Below, piece after piece: positions 34,101 through 47,368 of a stretch of DNA of 55,769 nucleotides (position 1 is its first letter; every line of letters starts with the position of its first letter). The translations under genes and the position numbers were made by a program. Origin of the DNA: an uncultured virus (IMG/VR IMGVR_UViG_3300021431_000088) (Duplodnaviria > Heunggongvirae > Uroviricota > Caudoviricetes); IMG/VR virus record IMGVR_UViG_3300021431_000088; one strand, 5' to 3'. Below the pieces are notes generated by a model. That model was given only the letters and a program-made list of their open reading frames with translations, was not told the origin of the DNA and searched no databases.

Positions 34101-37100
34101 CCGATAAATTAACAGTAAAAGCTGATGAAACCACTATTAAAGAGCTTGATTCAGGCATATAGGGTGTTGAAGTAGAAAGTATTGGTAATGTAAAGGGAAA
34201 AGCTTCAAGTCTTGAAGTTAATATTGGTGGAATAGATGCTGGTAATATCACTACCACAACTGGTAACAATAGTGATGATGGAACAGCTGAAGTGCCTTTT
34301 GAATTGGGCGATATTGGAAACGCAAGAGGATATATTAGCTCTCTTGCTATCATAGCCGCTGATGACGTCACGGTTGCAGAAGATTTGGGAACAAATATTG
34401 CTGGCCAAATTACAAGTGCCGTTCAAACAGAATTAGACAATAATCCTGTTACTATAAAAGTAAATCCTCCAGGAGGAGGTGGCGGAGGTACTGGAGAAGG
34501 CGATGGTGAAGGAGGCGGTGGTTCTCCTACAACACCTGTCTTACCCAAATTTACCCCATTTAGCACTGGCGGCGCTAGTACATTAGATACAAGCCCAATT
34601 GCGGCAATTCAAGCTGCTCTTGATACTATTACTGCTGATAACGTTACTGCGATTAAAACAGCACAAGATGCAATTAAGACTACTTAGATTGATAAGGTTA
34701 AAGCTGCGATAAATGCTATAAGTTCTGCTGGAGCAGAAAATGCTAGAGCCGCAATTAATGGTATTAGTTCTGCCAATGCTTTTGCAGTACAACGTATTTT
34801 AAATAATCTCCAAGTATCCATTGAAGAAAAAACAGCAAAGGCAAACTTAAATGTTTATGTTACCGCATATGCTAATGCAAAAGGTAATGTTGCTCTTGCT
34901 GGTGGCACTCAGACCCTAATGGGCGAACTTGGTCCTGAACTCGTTGTTTCAAATGGTAGATACTTTGTAGTTGGTCAATCAGGCGCAGAGTTCGTAGACT
35001 TAGATAAAGACGCAATCGTCTTTAATCATCGTCAGACTGAGCGTCTCTTAAGTAATGGTGGTATTAATTCTCGCGGCAAACCTTTTACTAATGAAACAAA
35101 TGCTATTTCTCGCGCAAAAGGCAACGTAGAAGGAGACGCACTTGTACAAGGTATTAAAGTTACTGCTTGGAGAGCTAAATGGGCAAAAACTGGCACTCGC
35201 TGGTCTGATGATTTGGATATGGGTGAGATTAAAGTTGGTGCTTCTGATGCTGCCGCGAAAGGAACAGGCAAAGCAATGGCTTCCGCATCTGCCGCATTAG
35301 CTGCTTTAAAGCAACTACGTGCTCAATGGGAAGCTTTAAAAGGCTTAAGTGTTAAAGACTTAGCGGGCAAGGGCGCCGGTGGTGGAGGCGGCGGTAATAA
35401 CAAAGCTTTCATTAAAGACCTCGAAAAGTGGTATAACTGGTTATAGGAAATTGCTACACTAGAAGAAAAAATCAATTATCAGGAAAAATTAAGACAAAGA
35501 ATTAGTTCTGATAATATGAAAAATGGTAGAGCATATTTTACTAGCCAAATGGAGACATTAGAGAACTTAGAAAAACAGTTAGCAGTAACTAAAGATTTAG
35601 CTAAATCTCAATAGGAATACTTTAATAAACGGCGTGCTGCTCTTAATAGTGATAAGAATCCATTCTCTTCTTTATATCAATTTGATGAAAATGGACAATT
35701 AAAATATAAATCTGGAAAATTAGAATAGTTAAGTGAAGTATTTAAAACAGATAAATATAATAAGCCTAAAATGACTCCAAAAGAGCAATATGACTATGTT
35801 GTTAATACTTTAAAAATTGATAAAAAATATTTATAGTACGATTCTTCTGGAAATAAACTTGAAAAAGATGATTATGCTGGAATGATGCAAGCATTCTGGG
35901 ATAAAATTGATGCTGATAAGGAAGAAATGCAATCTCTTCATGATTCAGTTAATGAATAGATGGATAAAGTTCAAGAATTATAGCAGAAACAAAATGAATT
36001 ATTACAAGAAATGCAAGACAACCAAATGGAAGTCGAGAATGCAGTTCTTGATGCTATGGTTGAAACCCGTGAACGCGAAATTGATGAATTAACTGATTTG
36101 AAAGATGCTTATTCTAAAGCAGCAGAAGATATGGTTAATGGCCTTAATGAAGCCTTAAGTAAGGAACGTGAAGCATATAATAAGAGTGAAGAAGATAAAG
36201 ACCTATTAAGTCTTCGTCGGCGCCTATAGATTGCTCAACGTTCTGGCGCGCCAGCAAGTGAAATTGCTAGTTTGTAGGAACAAATAAGGCAAAAGAGCCA
36301 GGATGCTTACTTCAACGAGCAAGAACGACAAATTAATGCTCTCCAAGAAGCCGCAAATACATAGATAGAGAAGATGGAAAAGGAGATTGATATCCTTACC
36401 GAAACTCTTGAGTATTAGAAGAAACATGGTTTACTTTGGAATAGAGTTGCGGCAATAATGGAGCAGGCTCCAGACAAAATTGCTGAATATATTCATAAGA
36501 ATACTGAAGAATATTGGGGAAAATCACCATTAGCAAATAGTGAAGCTGTTAATGATTGGCTCTTTAAAGCTGAACAATGGGTTGAGTTTAGAGATGTAGA
36601 GCAGGATTAGGCCGCATTATTAGATGAACTTGCCCATCGTGGAGAAAGAACCACTTTAAGCTCAGATCAACTAAAATCTTTTAGAAGTAATTTTGCTAAA
36701 TAGTTTGGTGGCTCATGGTGGAATCTTAGTAGTGGTTTACAAACTAAGTTTACTGATATTCTTAAAGAACAGTATTAGAAACATGGCGGAGATTATGACG
36801 CTGCCGTTGCCGCTACAAAAGAAGAGATTAATAAGAGTAAGTATTATACCAATGCAATAGCACGAGCGGGCCAATGGAGCGAGAAGAACGATGATTATAA
36901 AGCTCAATTTGGAAGTTTTTGGACAGATACAATAAGTGATAATGTTAGATAGGCATTTGTTACCGGCGGAGACGACAGAGCAAAAACCGCTCTTGCTAAA
37001 GAAAAATTATGGGTGCCTGTTAAATGGAGCAACGGAAAATGGGGAGTTACTGAGGTTTCAAGTAAGAATACTATGGCTTGGGATTATACAGGAGCTTACG

Positions 37101-37654
37101 CACAAGCTCATTGGAATACCTTATTAGAGTATAATCCTAATTTAGCAAAGAAACTTAAAGATTATAAATAGACATATATTCGAGCATATACAAACGCTGC
37201 TAAAACAGAGGATCCATTAAAGCCAAATACTTGGGAAGGAAGAGTCGCTGGAAATAAGGCATTAGAAGATGCATTTGAAAAAATGGGCCAAAAGATTAAA
37301 ATTAATACCTATGACATCGGTGGTATGGTAGATACTACCGGCCTCGCACTACTTCACGCCAAAGAAGGCGTCTTAACTCCTGAATAGACCGATGTACTTC
37401 GTAATGAAATCCTCGGCGGTCAGAAAGACTCTTTAATGAACCTACTATTAGATTTCCGTAAGGCTTATACTGGCATTGGAAATGTTGCTCTTGCGGCCGC
37501 ACCTAATGTTGTGATTGAAAATGCTTCAGTTAATATGAATGTTGGCTCTATTGCTAATGACTACGATGCTCGTCGTGCGGGCGAACAAGCTCTTACTGAA
37601 ATGCTACGCATTGCTCGTAAGACTGGTTCTGCCAATAGTATATCAAGGAGGTAA
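22154..37654 (+). CDS. Giant tail tape measure protein (~5,166 aa, heavily TAG recoded)
   Basis: RBS AAAGGAG. Fifteen + strand ORF fragments from 23168 to 37436 share one frame, and the gaps read by hand contain only TAG. Tape-measure core LDAVITKIAVVTNMS...ESAQNIGSALKSIISRY...RDFDDVILELAKKWDTL, C-terminal LMGELGPELVV and YDIGGMVDTTG motifs. Not every codon was checked. Confidence 0.85.
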
Positions 37655-37662
37655 AAGGAGAA

Positions 37663-39516
37663 ATGAGCAACGAAACAAATATTTTAGAAGGAACAGAGGA
37701 AGTAAACAACTCTGTTAAACATACATAGGTATACTATGCGACTCATGATGGGGAGGGGAAGACCCTCCCCTTCATGAATCGTTCTTTCATAAGTTTTTCT
37801 TATGGAGGAAAGAATATTGAAGATTTTAATTTAATTGCTACTGTATCAGGAGACAGGTGGCAAGCTAATGGTTACGCTAATTTTAATGACCTAACAACCT
37901 CTTATGATGTACTAGATGGACAATTCTTTTGGGGTTCTCATTATTCTACATATGAATTAAGTTTGGAATTGTCTACTGATGGAATAACTTAGGAAGAATT
38001 GGATAATTTCTTACATTGGTTTACTCCGGGATAGTATAAAGAGTTAATTTTAGCTGAACATCCCAATCGCGCACGGCTCGCGCGCGTAAGCGCTGTTCCT
38101 GCTTTATCTATGCTACCTTTTGAAAAGAAAATAGATGTACAAATTGGAGGCTCCACATATTCTACTAGCACTACTGAATATAAAGGCTCTATTAGTTTAA
38201 CATTAGTAGGCGATGATCCATTTTGGTACGCGAAAGCGAGTGTATTTGGTAAATTGTCTAATAGTGATTCATAGAAGACTTAGTGGTTTAACGCGATAGG
38301 TAATGAAGTATATCCTTTGAAAGATAAAGACGCATTAAAGGTTATTCATGAAGATCGTATTCCATTATCTTCAATGGTAAAAGCTGATATGATTTTGGGC
38401 GATGGTTTTATGGTTAAGCCCGCGCAAGAACCAGCGGCTACGAACTTAATTTTTAAAAAGTTTGAATAGTCGCAGGGAAGTGGAAACGGCTATTATGAAA
38501 TTAAAGACGTCGATGCAGGTAAGACTTATTACTATAAAGGAGCAACAACTAATCTTGGTTAGATTGCTTCTCCTGTAATGGTAAGTACAGATTCAAGTTC
38601 AGAATCCGTAGAGTTGGCCGCAGGCGACCCTCTATACTTATATTATAGTGGAACTGCGCCCGGACCGCTAAAGATCAAATTTGAATTACCTATTACTTTT
38701 AATGACAAAGGTTATATTAGTTGTATCGCAAATAATTATGATTTAGCCACTAATGATAAGCCTTATAATACTATTACTCTACAAGGCGAATAGAAGCAAG
38801 AGTTCCATTTGACGGTGCCTAATATTTTTAGTAGCTATAATGCTGTTATATATAATCTTAATACATATACAGGTAAATCGGGAGTAGAATTAGAGGAATT
38901 AATGCGCGATTGTATTCATCATGCCGGGGTGCGCGCGTATATAATTCATTTACTAGAAGCCACAACTGGATCTTCAAATACTAATACTGAAACAAATACG
39001 CCTACTACTGAGACTAATGATAATACTGAAGAAACTACTTCATCAGAAAATAGTAATGACTAGGCAGAAACACCGAATGTAGTAGAAGAACCTTATCAGG
39101 CTTCGACAATTACTGAGAATATGATAAACGATATGATAGTTAATATGAAAAAATTCTTTGAAATAATAACAGATACTCCTGATCCTCAAAATCTTTACTA
39201 TTCTCAAACTTTTGAGTTTGATAGTAAAACCGGGGAAGCAACTGGTACATTTACATATAATCTTCCTCCTAAAAATAATTCTTCTGAAAATAATGCTTCT
39301 GAAAATAACCATATAACAACAGAAGAAAATATCCAAGATATGATATTATCTAAAAACTTATTTATAAGAGAAAGAAATACTTTTGCGGTTGACAATGGGA
39401 ATCTTGTAGTATAGGCATGGGAGGAAAACAATCCTAAATACTCACATAAGTTATTCCATGATTTTTCATCAGCTTGGCAGAATGTAGTAATTAGCTATCA
39501 AAATCTTTACTTATAA
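37663..39516 (+). CDS. Distal tail (Dit-like) protein with insertions (617 aa, TAG recoded)
   Basis: In-frame fragments 37774, 38578, 38809 and 39121, ending at TAA 39516. SFSYGGKNIEDFNL...KELILAEHPNR...DPFWYA pattern, directly after the tape measure gene. Confidence 0.7.
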
Positions 39517-39537
39517 GGCGTTAAAGGAGGAACAGAT

Positions 39538-42500
39538 ATGAACTAGCAAGACATACGTAGTTATGAAGTATCTGTTTGGACGCTTCAAGACAGTTTTTTA
39601 GCTGTCTTGAAGCAGTCCGAATCGGGTATAAAAGGAACAATTCAAGATCCGAAGTTTACATTGAATACTGATGGAACACAAAACTTTTCCTTCACTATTC
39701 CAATGAAGTTATATATAGAAGGCGAGTGGCGTGATAATCCTATATGGTACAACACCACTAATGGAAACTTACTTGTCAATATGAGAAAAATAAAAATTAT
39801 TTTTAATAAGAAAACAAAGGATGAGGAAGTTTATGAGTGCCCTATTACTAAAATGGAAATGAAGCACGCACAAGATAGCCCTACTTGTGAAATAACCTGC
39901 GAAAATGGATTGGCATACCATGAATTGGGTAAATAGGGATATAAAGCTGAATTATCTTCAGAGGTTTATTATTAGGAAGAAATAGATTAGTTTAATAAAG
40001 ATGGAAACACCCTATATGCTGATTTGGATTATTGGTGCTTAAAACAATTAAAAATACCATAGCTTCCAACCAAAGAAAATGGGGACATTGATTATGATAG
40101 TATGGACCCGCGCCAATGGTACTATAAAGTAGAAATGGATTGGAGTTCTTATTCTGGAAAAAGAGAAAAGAATAAGGTTTACGAGGATCCTCATGTTGCG
40201 TCTTGGGAAGTTCCAGATTAGGGAGAAATTGCGGCAAAAACAGTTGTTGAGCAAAAAATAAAAGAGCGAGTAATAGATGAGAAATATAGTAATCTATATA
40301 ATTTAACATAGAGCTTAGCTACTAAGTTTAATATCTATTGTCGCTATTAGTATTTATATGATAATACCTATCATATTAGGGGTAAAGTTATTATATTTTA
40401 TAATAACTTTTTAAACGAAACTAAAGATGGGATTTTTCAATTTTAGTATCCTTATACTACAACCGAGGTTTCGCGCGAAGTTGATAGCACGGATATTGTA
40501 ACCAAAATGTATATTGACCTAGTAGATGGGAATACCGTTACTGACCAAATTAGTATTATGAATAGTGATGCTAATAAAATGCGCGAAGATTATTTATTAA
40601 ACTTTGACTATATGCATGAAGATGCGTTGGGCATTACTGAAGATTAGTATAAACAAATTGCAATATATGAAACTACTATTCGGAAACTTAATGACTAGAT
40701 TATTCCTATATAGGAAGAACTTGGCGCATTAGAAGAATAGCAGAATGATTTAAAAGCTAAATTGGCTGTATCAAAGAATGCGGAAAGTTTAGCTGAAGAA
40801 GAAGTAAGTAACATATCAGACTTATTAAATAAAATTACAGATGGAGATGGGAAGCTTAGTAAAACTAAGGAAAGCCCTGATGTCGTAATAGTAAAGGCAG
40901 ATGCTAAAGGCAATTTAACTATTACATTGAAGGAATAGGGTATTGATAAGAAGACTGTACATATATATTCTGATATTCAATGTGATGATAATCATCTTGT
41001 AACGATAAGCAAAAATCCAGTAGTGTAGAAAGATAATACATTATTATATACTATAAAAGACGTTACTGCTGGCACTATAGTTTATGCTACTTATGATTAT
41101 TCTCCTAAATTATATAATGAATAGGTACAAAAGGATTATCAATAGAAAGTAGATATTGAAAGAAAAAAAAGTAAGGAATATTAGAAATAGATAGATAAAA
41201 ATGAAAAAAGGATTGATTCACTTAATGAGCAATTAGCAGAAAAATAGAGCGAAAAAGTAAAACTTATTAGAAAGTTTGAACTTATGATGGGGCCGGCGCT
41301 ACGAGAAGGGCATTGGACCCCTGAAGATTATTCTAATTATGGTGATAGAAAAAATGCAAAGTTTACACCACCGGAGATTTCAACGGATGATGAAAATAAT
41401 AACGAAGTACAGTTTATTTGGGATAAGAACTATTTACCAGATGAATAGCATAATTATTATGAAGAAGGAGTTAATTAGAATAAAGTTTATTATCCTGTCT
41501 GTTATATGGGCAAGGGTGATGATCGTTGGGTAAGAATATTATTAGATCATGAACAAGGCACACCATGTTTATATTTTTATGATGGTCCGACAGAAGCACA
41601 AAGTGGTTCTAACGCGGCTCAATATTATAAAATTATTTCTTTAGGCGCAGGCATGAAAATTATATTTATTGAAAAACCTGATGAATCTAACACCCAAAAT
41701 AATGAGCAACAAGAATCTACTCCGCCAGAAATTATTCCTGCGATTATGATTACAGAGTCTTTAACACCTTATGAGTTAGGACTTTTATATAAGCCGGAAA
41801 ACGCATAGATTGGCATTCCAACTTGGGATGCTAATGGAAAATTTAATGGAGATGCTTTTAAGGAAACATGGAGCGGACTACATTGGAATATTGATCCTGT
41901 TTATGAGAAAGGCAAAATTAAAGAAGGAACGACAAAAGAAATTGTTTAGCGCATTCCTCGTATCCGTATTAAAAATCTTGATTTAATGACCAGTGAAGAT
42001 AAGCTCGCTTTAAAATATGGGCAAGATAAAGAAATTACATTACAGCAAGCTGATTCGACAGTTGAGCCAGCGCAAGAAGCTAAAAAGGTTTCTATATCAA
42101 GTATATTATCTGAATATGAAGATTATTCTTTATTATTATATGCCCCAGAGGGAAGCACCGTATCAAGCATTGATAGCTATGCAATTACGCTCAAAGAATA
42201 GGAACTGTTAAAGCGTAGTTATGTAAATGCATGGGTAAAAGTAGATGAGGGCACGAATAAATGGAACTTCGGCTTTGAACAATTTAATCTTCTTTATTAC
42301 ATTTCTAATGCCAGTACTGCTATTTACTTAGACGCTAAAACAATTCTAAAAGAAAATGCTTATCCAAAAGTAACTTATTCTTTAACCCCAAATGTTCTTA
42401 ATACAACTATCCATAAGAACTTGTATAGGTTCCTCGCGCGAATAATCAATATTAATGATGTTGAACTCAAACTTCATGAAGCTTATGGATATATTTCTGA

Positions 42501-44253
42501 ATTGGAACTAGATTTAGACCATCCATGGAATGATACTATCACAGTCCAAAACTACAAAAATAAGTTTGAAGATATATTCTCTACTATTACAGTATAGACT
42601 GAGGCTATGCAGCGGCGCGAATACCAATTAAATGAAGCTACATAGTTAGTTGATGTCGTTACCAAACAAGTTAATCCAGAAATGCTACAAAAGACACTTG
42701 ATACCTCTTTATTGAATTACGATTTTAATGATGGATAGCTCACCTTTGATAATGAATAGGGCATTACAGGCATATCAAGTTAGGGCGTTATTGCAATTAG
42801 AAGTAGTGGTATTTTTACCGCAAGCAGTAAAGATGAGGACGGCAATTGGCAATGGAATAGCGCGATTGTGCCTACTGGAATAAATGCTAATTTGATTAAA
42901 GCTGGATAGTTGGACACATAGAAGATTCTCATTTACTCTGGAAATGATGTAAGGTTCCAATGGAATGGTGACGGTATCTATGCATATAAGACGGATTATA
43001 GAGGAGACCCATCTAATGCACCTAAAGATTATGTATTATTTAATAAAAATGGGCTAATCCTGTAGCGAACATAGTGGACAGATAATTCAACAACTCCCCC
43101 AACTATTACTACAACAACTCCTATAGTATAGGTTGAAGTCGGTTGGAATGGCTTTATTATGAGAAATAAAAATGGAGATAACGTGTTTGAAGCTGATAAA
43201 GATGGTAATTTAAGTATTAGTGGTAAGGTGACTGCTAATGAAGGAACCATTGGAGGATGGGAAATTACAGATACGGCTTTAAAAAATAATAATATGTTAT
43301 TGCGTGGCAAGGACGATAGTAATGAAGGTGGTTCACCTGGCGGAGGGAAAGTTGGTATTTTTACAACTCCATCATCTATTTATAATAATTTTATAGAATA
43401 TGAAGGCAATACTTATTACTTATTTACTTTTGTTGGACGTACTATTAATAATAAAAGTTAGGGATACCATATTATAGCCCCAAATGAAGAGGCACAAATA
43501 ACTTATGATAATATAGAGGATTTCAATAATGCAGGATACTATACTTTTGAACAAACATTTATTATTGAACCTAAATATTTTATAACTTATAATAATATAA
43601 ATTATTTATCATGGGTAGATCCAAATAGTTATTCCTTTAGTTATTCAAGCGTGACTGAAGATCCAAGAATTATTAAAAAATCAGTAGAATCAGATGGAAC
43701 TATTACATATAATCCGATTAAGTATGATGGCAATGATGAATGGTATAATGATTTCAAACTCGCATTTGGAGAAACTACTAGTATAACCGTAAATGGAGAA
43801 GTAATTCCAATTTCTGCTAATGAAAGCGCTTATGTAAAAACTATATCTATTTATAAGCAAACGAAAATTGAAGCCGCAGATGGTACTATTACTGAAGATG
43901 AAGAGAATCAATTAACTACTAAATTAAGTACACAAGAGACCACTTTTTCTTTAGAAGGAGAGACAGGAAAAATCACTACTAATTATGGACAATTAGGTTC
44001 TTTTTCTTTTAATGCAGAGAAAATAAGTGATGGCACTTTGGCTTCAAATGTATCTTTTGAAATTAATGACACTACTAAAAAAACTTTTTTTGATTTAGGA
44101 CAAGTTATTGTTGGTGTAAAGATGAAAGGCACTTGGGGTAAGAAAACATTAGTCTTTACGCGTTTAAATGGAGAAACAATTACTCTTCCTGACAAATGGT
44201 CAGGTAAAGAATGGTATATTCCTGTTACTTATCTAGGAAGAGCTCCCGTATAA
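39538..44253 (+). CDS. Tail tip / baseplate hub and host-recognition protein (~1,571 aa, TAG recoded)
   Basis: RBS AAGGAGG, in-frame fragments 39607, 41506, 41986, 43159 and 43651. Coiled-coil middle, GINANLIKAGQL and LSISGKVTANEGTIGGWEI fibre-type motifs. Confidence 0.75.
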
Positions 44254-44254
44254 T

Positions 44255-44302
44255 AAAAAAAATACCGGCAATCCAAACGGATTGCCGGTCTTATTTTTTT
44301 TT
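44255..44302. terminator. Bidirectional terminator between the convergent operons
   Basis: A8-T-ACCGGCAATCC-aaac-GGATTGCCGGT-CTTA-T9. Confidence 0.85.
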
Positions 44303-44684
44303 ATTCCTCAATAAATGCTTCCAATTGCACCATCTGCGCGGGAGTGAAGTTTAAATCTTCTAAGTCATCCAATTTAACTTTCCCCGCATTTATACTTATA
44401 TCTAAGTTCAATACTTGGTTTAAAGCATTTATAAACTCTTTCATATTGTCGCCATCGAATGTATATGAATTATTACTATCTAAAATATATTCTCCATTTT
44501 CATCCTTTTTAGCGAACTCATCTAATAACTTTGCGCGCGTATCGTTAAACATTTCTAGTTCTTCGTCGGCGGCTTTAATGATTTTACCAAGCTAATAAGC
44601 GGTCCGGCCTTTAACTGGCCGATCAGCTAATTCTCTTAGCACATTCATATTATTTAATAATGTATTCAACTTTATTTCAATCAT
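44301..44684 (-). CDS. Hypothetical phage protein, DUF1617-like (127 aa, 1 TAG)
   Basis: MIEIKLNTLLNNMNVLRELADRPVKGRTAYQLGKIIKAADEELEMFNDTRAKLLDEFAKKDENG. The start overlaps the upstream stop (ATGA). Family call is from memory of the pattern. Confidence 0.6.
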
Positions 44685-45433
44685 ACAATATCTTCTCCCC
44701 AGTGTACCTGATTGGATTTTAGCTTGCTACAGAAATACTTACCAATACAAATTGCGTCGGCTTCATCTTCTGTACAATCCATCCCATACCACACCTTTAC
44801 CTTAGCTTGCGCGGCTTTCTTCTTAGCATCACGATGCGAATCACCATCATTAATGCCGCAATATGAGCGCCATTCACTTGGATATACAAGATCGCTATCA
44901 ATGCAAGCTTCGAATATCACATCTTTCAACACACCTTGTAAGTTTGCTAAAGTTTGAAATGTCTTTACTTGTGTTTGATTCTTCGCGCCATAGCTCTGCA
45001 ACTAAATGTTTTCAATTCCAATAAAATCTGGATTCCAGTTTTTTATTGCGGCTTTAAGCCACTATTTTACTTCATTGATGCGCTCAACTGTTTCTAAACT
45101 AGAATTAGTTTTGTATGTCCCATACCCTACTAATACTCTATCATCATAAATTGAATATCCAGTAATGCTTGTGGCCGCATCTAATGCTAGTATTCTCTAT
45201 GTATTATCTCCCTTTAGAGGAATCTTATTCTTTTTAATTTTGTATGGATCACCAGCCATACAAATATCACAAAGCTTATGTTTACGCCACTAATCAAATG
45301 TCTATTCCTACTTATGACCTTCAGGACAAATCATTTCTAGTGGAGTTTTTAAGTTTTTATAAACTTCGCTAGTTAGCTACCATCCTTCAGCTTCCAGAGC
45401 ATTTCTTACTACATATATGTTAATAGTGCTCAT
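44681..45433 (-). CDS. ruvC: RuvC-like Holliday junction resolvase with N-terminal Zn ribbon (250 aa, 7 TAG)
   Basis: RILALDAATSITGYS, FIGIENIQ, VYPSEWR and EDEADAICIG catalytic motifs, N-terminal CPEGH...CDIC. Confidence 0.85.
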
Positions 45434-46203
45434 GTGCCTGTACTGCCAAAGCCGCCTTCATTGCGGTCGGAGCTTGCTAAAATATCTACTACTTTTGCTT
45501 GGAAGCGATAGTTGGGCATTACCAGCAACTGCGCAATACGATCGTGCGCCTTGATGGTATAATCTTCATCACTAGTATTATCGTAAAGAACACACAGTTC
45601 GCCACGATAAGAGCTATCAATCAGTCCTACACTATTACTTAGCCGTAATGGAGTTTTTAAACCCATACTAGAACGTGGGAGAATCAGTGCCTGCCAACCT
45701 TCTGGTAGCTAAATCTTAATACCAGTATGAATCATATTGCCATATGAATGGGCTGGAATTACCTGATCTTCTATAGCATATAGATCCGCGGCCGCATCGG
45801 TATCATGCGCATAGCTAGGTGGTACAGCATTAGATGCCACAGTCATTGGTAGTTCAATAGAGTAAGAATGATACTTCTTTGCGGCTTCATCGAAAATCTG
45901 GAACATGCGCTCTAGCACCATATCTACAAGCACTTTCTTGTTGCCAGTATATTCATGATCTGCATAAACCATCTCTCTAAGAGTATCTGCGACTGCCTTC
46001 ATAGACACCGCGGCTTCCTCTTTAGTAAGGCCCTGATCTTCTAGATTCTTTACAATCTGGTTAACTGACTGTAGTACCAGCTGGGGCGAAAATTGCTCAT
46101 CAAGATTATCAGCGATGCTCTTTAATACTTCATCAGTTAATGATGCTTCATCAATATCCGTAATAGCTTTTATTGCGGTTAATAGGCTATCTAATTCATT
46201 CAT
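45430..46203 (-). CDS. dut: Trimeric dUTPase with ~120-aa N-terminal extension (257 aa, 1 TAG)
   Basis: AAADL, TGIKI(Q)LPEG, PRSS, GLIDSSYRGE, RIAQL and RNEGGFGSTG motifs span the TAG junction. Confidence 0.93.
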
Positions 46204-46216
46204 ATTTCACACCTTC

Positions 46217-46423
46217 TTAATCAAATGCTTTTTCAATAGTAACTTTATATTCAATATATAGGATTTCTCCCTTAGACTTCTTAGGCTTGGCAATATAGCC
46301 GCCCTTTGTCAATCTATATCCACCTTCTGCTTGCTGATTCTTTGCGTCCTCAACCATTGTGATGGCCTCTTCCTCACTCTCAGTCAGCCAAACATCAGTT
46401 GTCTTCAGTAGTTGCTTCGCCAT
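46217..46423 (-). CDS. Hypothetical protein (68 aa)
   Basis: ORF track, RBS AAGGAG upstream, start at 46423 or 46432. Confidence 0.65.
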   Translation of the reverse strand: MAKQLLKTTDVWLTESEEEAITMVEDAKNQQAEGGYRLTKGGYIAKPKKSKGEILYIEYKVTIEKAFD

Positions 46424-46805
46424 TTTCTTCATTCTCCTTTTCTTTTTCTTCATTTAACTTTCTTAGTTTTTGTATTAAGTCAACATAATTGAGCTTCTTT
46501 GCAGTTTCATTAACTGCTTCAATTACATCTCCACTCTAAGCCATCATCTCGGCATACTTTTTCGCGCCAACCTTTTTCTTAAGAGCACGCTTCTGCGCCC
46601 TATTCATTGGTATCTGGGTACTGCGAATCTTTTCAAGTGTTTTATCTTGTATCTTTTTAAGAATCTCTTCTTCAGTCGGCGCACCAACTTGTTCTTCTGC
46701 TTCTTCAATACTAATTTGCTGTATTTTAGCGTATCTCTCAATTAACTCTTTTTTAGTTAATTTTTTATTAGTAGACTCGTTAGCTTCATTAATTTCCGTT
46801 TTCAT
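46395..46805 (-). CDS. Hypothetical helical protein (136 aa, 1 TAG)
   Basis: RBS GGAGG, read-through of the TAG at 46536 continues to TGA at 46395. Confidence 0.65.
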
Positions 46806-46817
46806 TAGCTGCCTCCA

Positions 46818-47324
46818 TTATAGCTCTGGTTGCTCTAAAGATATATCTTTTGGTTTTTCTGGTGTTTTATATTCGTTCCAAAAGGTAATATACCAACGAG
46901 CTGGATCGCCTTCTGCTTTTACTTTATGCTTTATACTCATATGATTAAACTTATGAACTGGCGCTTCAAATCCAATATCTTTACCGGTTTTTTGACTACG
47001 CCAGATTTCTTCTGCTTGCGTAGTATAATGCATATGTAAGCTATTAGTTAATATTTCATAATCTTTAGGAGACATAACAGCAGATTCAAGTACTACTTTC
47101 CATCCAGTAGAAGAATCAAACTCTTCAAAATATCCAGTCAAGCAATCAAAAAATATTTCTTTACTTGGATTATTAGTTTCATCCGATAATGGTAATCTTT
47201 CATAAACTAAGATTTTTACATTTGGAATTTCCTTTTTCCCAAAATTTTCATGAGAAAATGCAATCTAATGTTCTTCGTAAAAAGGTCCGGATTCCACATC
47301 ATTAATATCAAATCTTTTAAACAT
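46818..47324 (-). CDS. Hypothetical protein (168 aa, 1 TAG)
   Basis: RBS AAGGAGG, ATG 47324 in frame with fragment 46818-47141. Confidence 0.65.
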
Positions 47325-47368
47325 GTTTTATCCTCCTTATTTAATTTAAATCTTGTCTTTCAGGAGTG

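Noticed and set aside
7717..44195. Minus-strand ORFs opposite the structural operon (e.g. 15620-16039, 33766-34371)
   Set aside because: They are antisense shadows of long + strand genes, with no RBS or recognisable motifs.
7585..44253. Structural genes as pseudogenes of a decayed prophage or as sequencing errors
   Set aside because: Interruptions in the regions read are exclusively TAG with no frameshifts, motifs are intact across them, and TAG-free genes are interspersed. Recoding explains this better.
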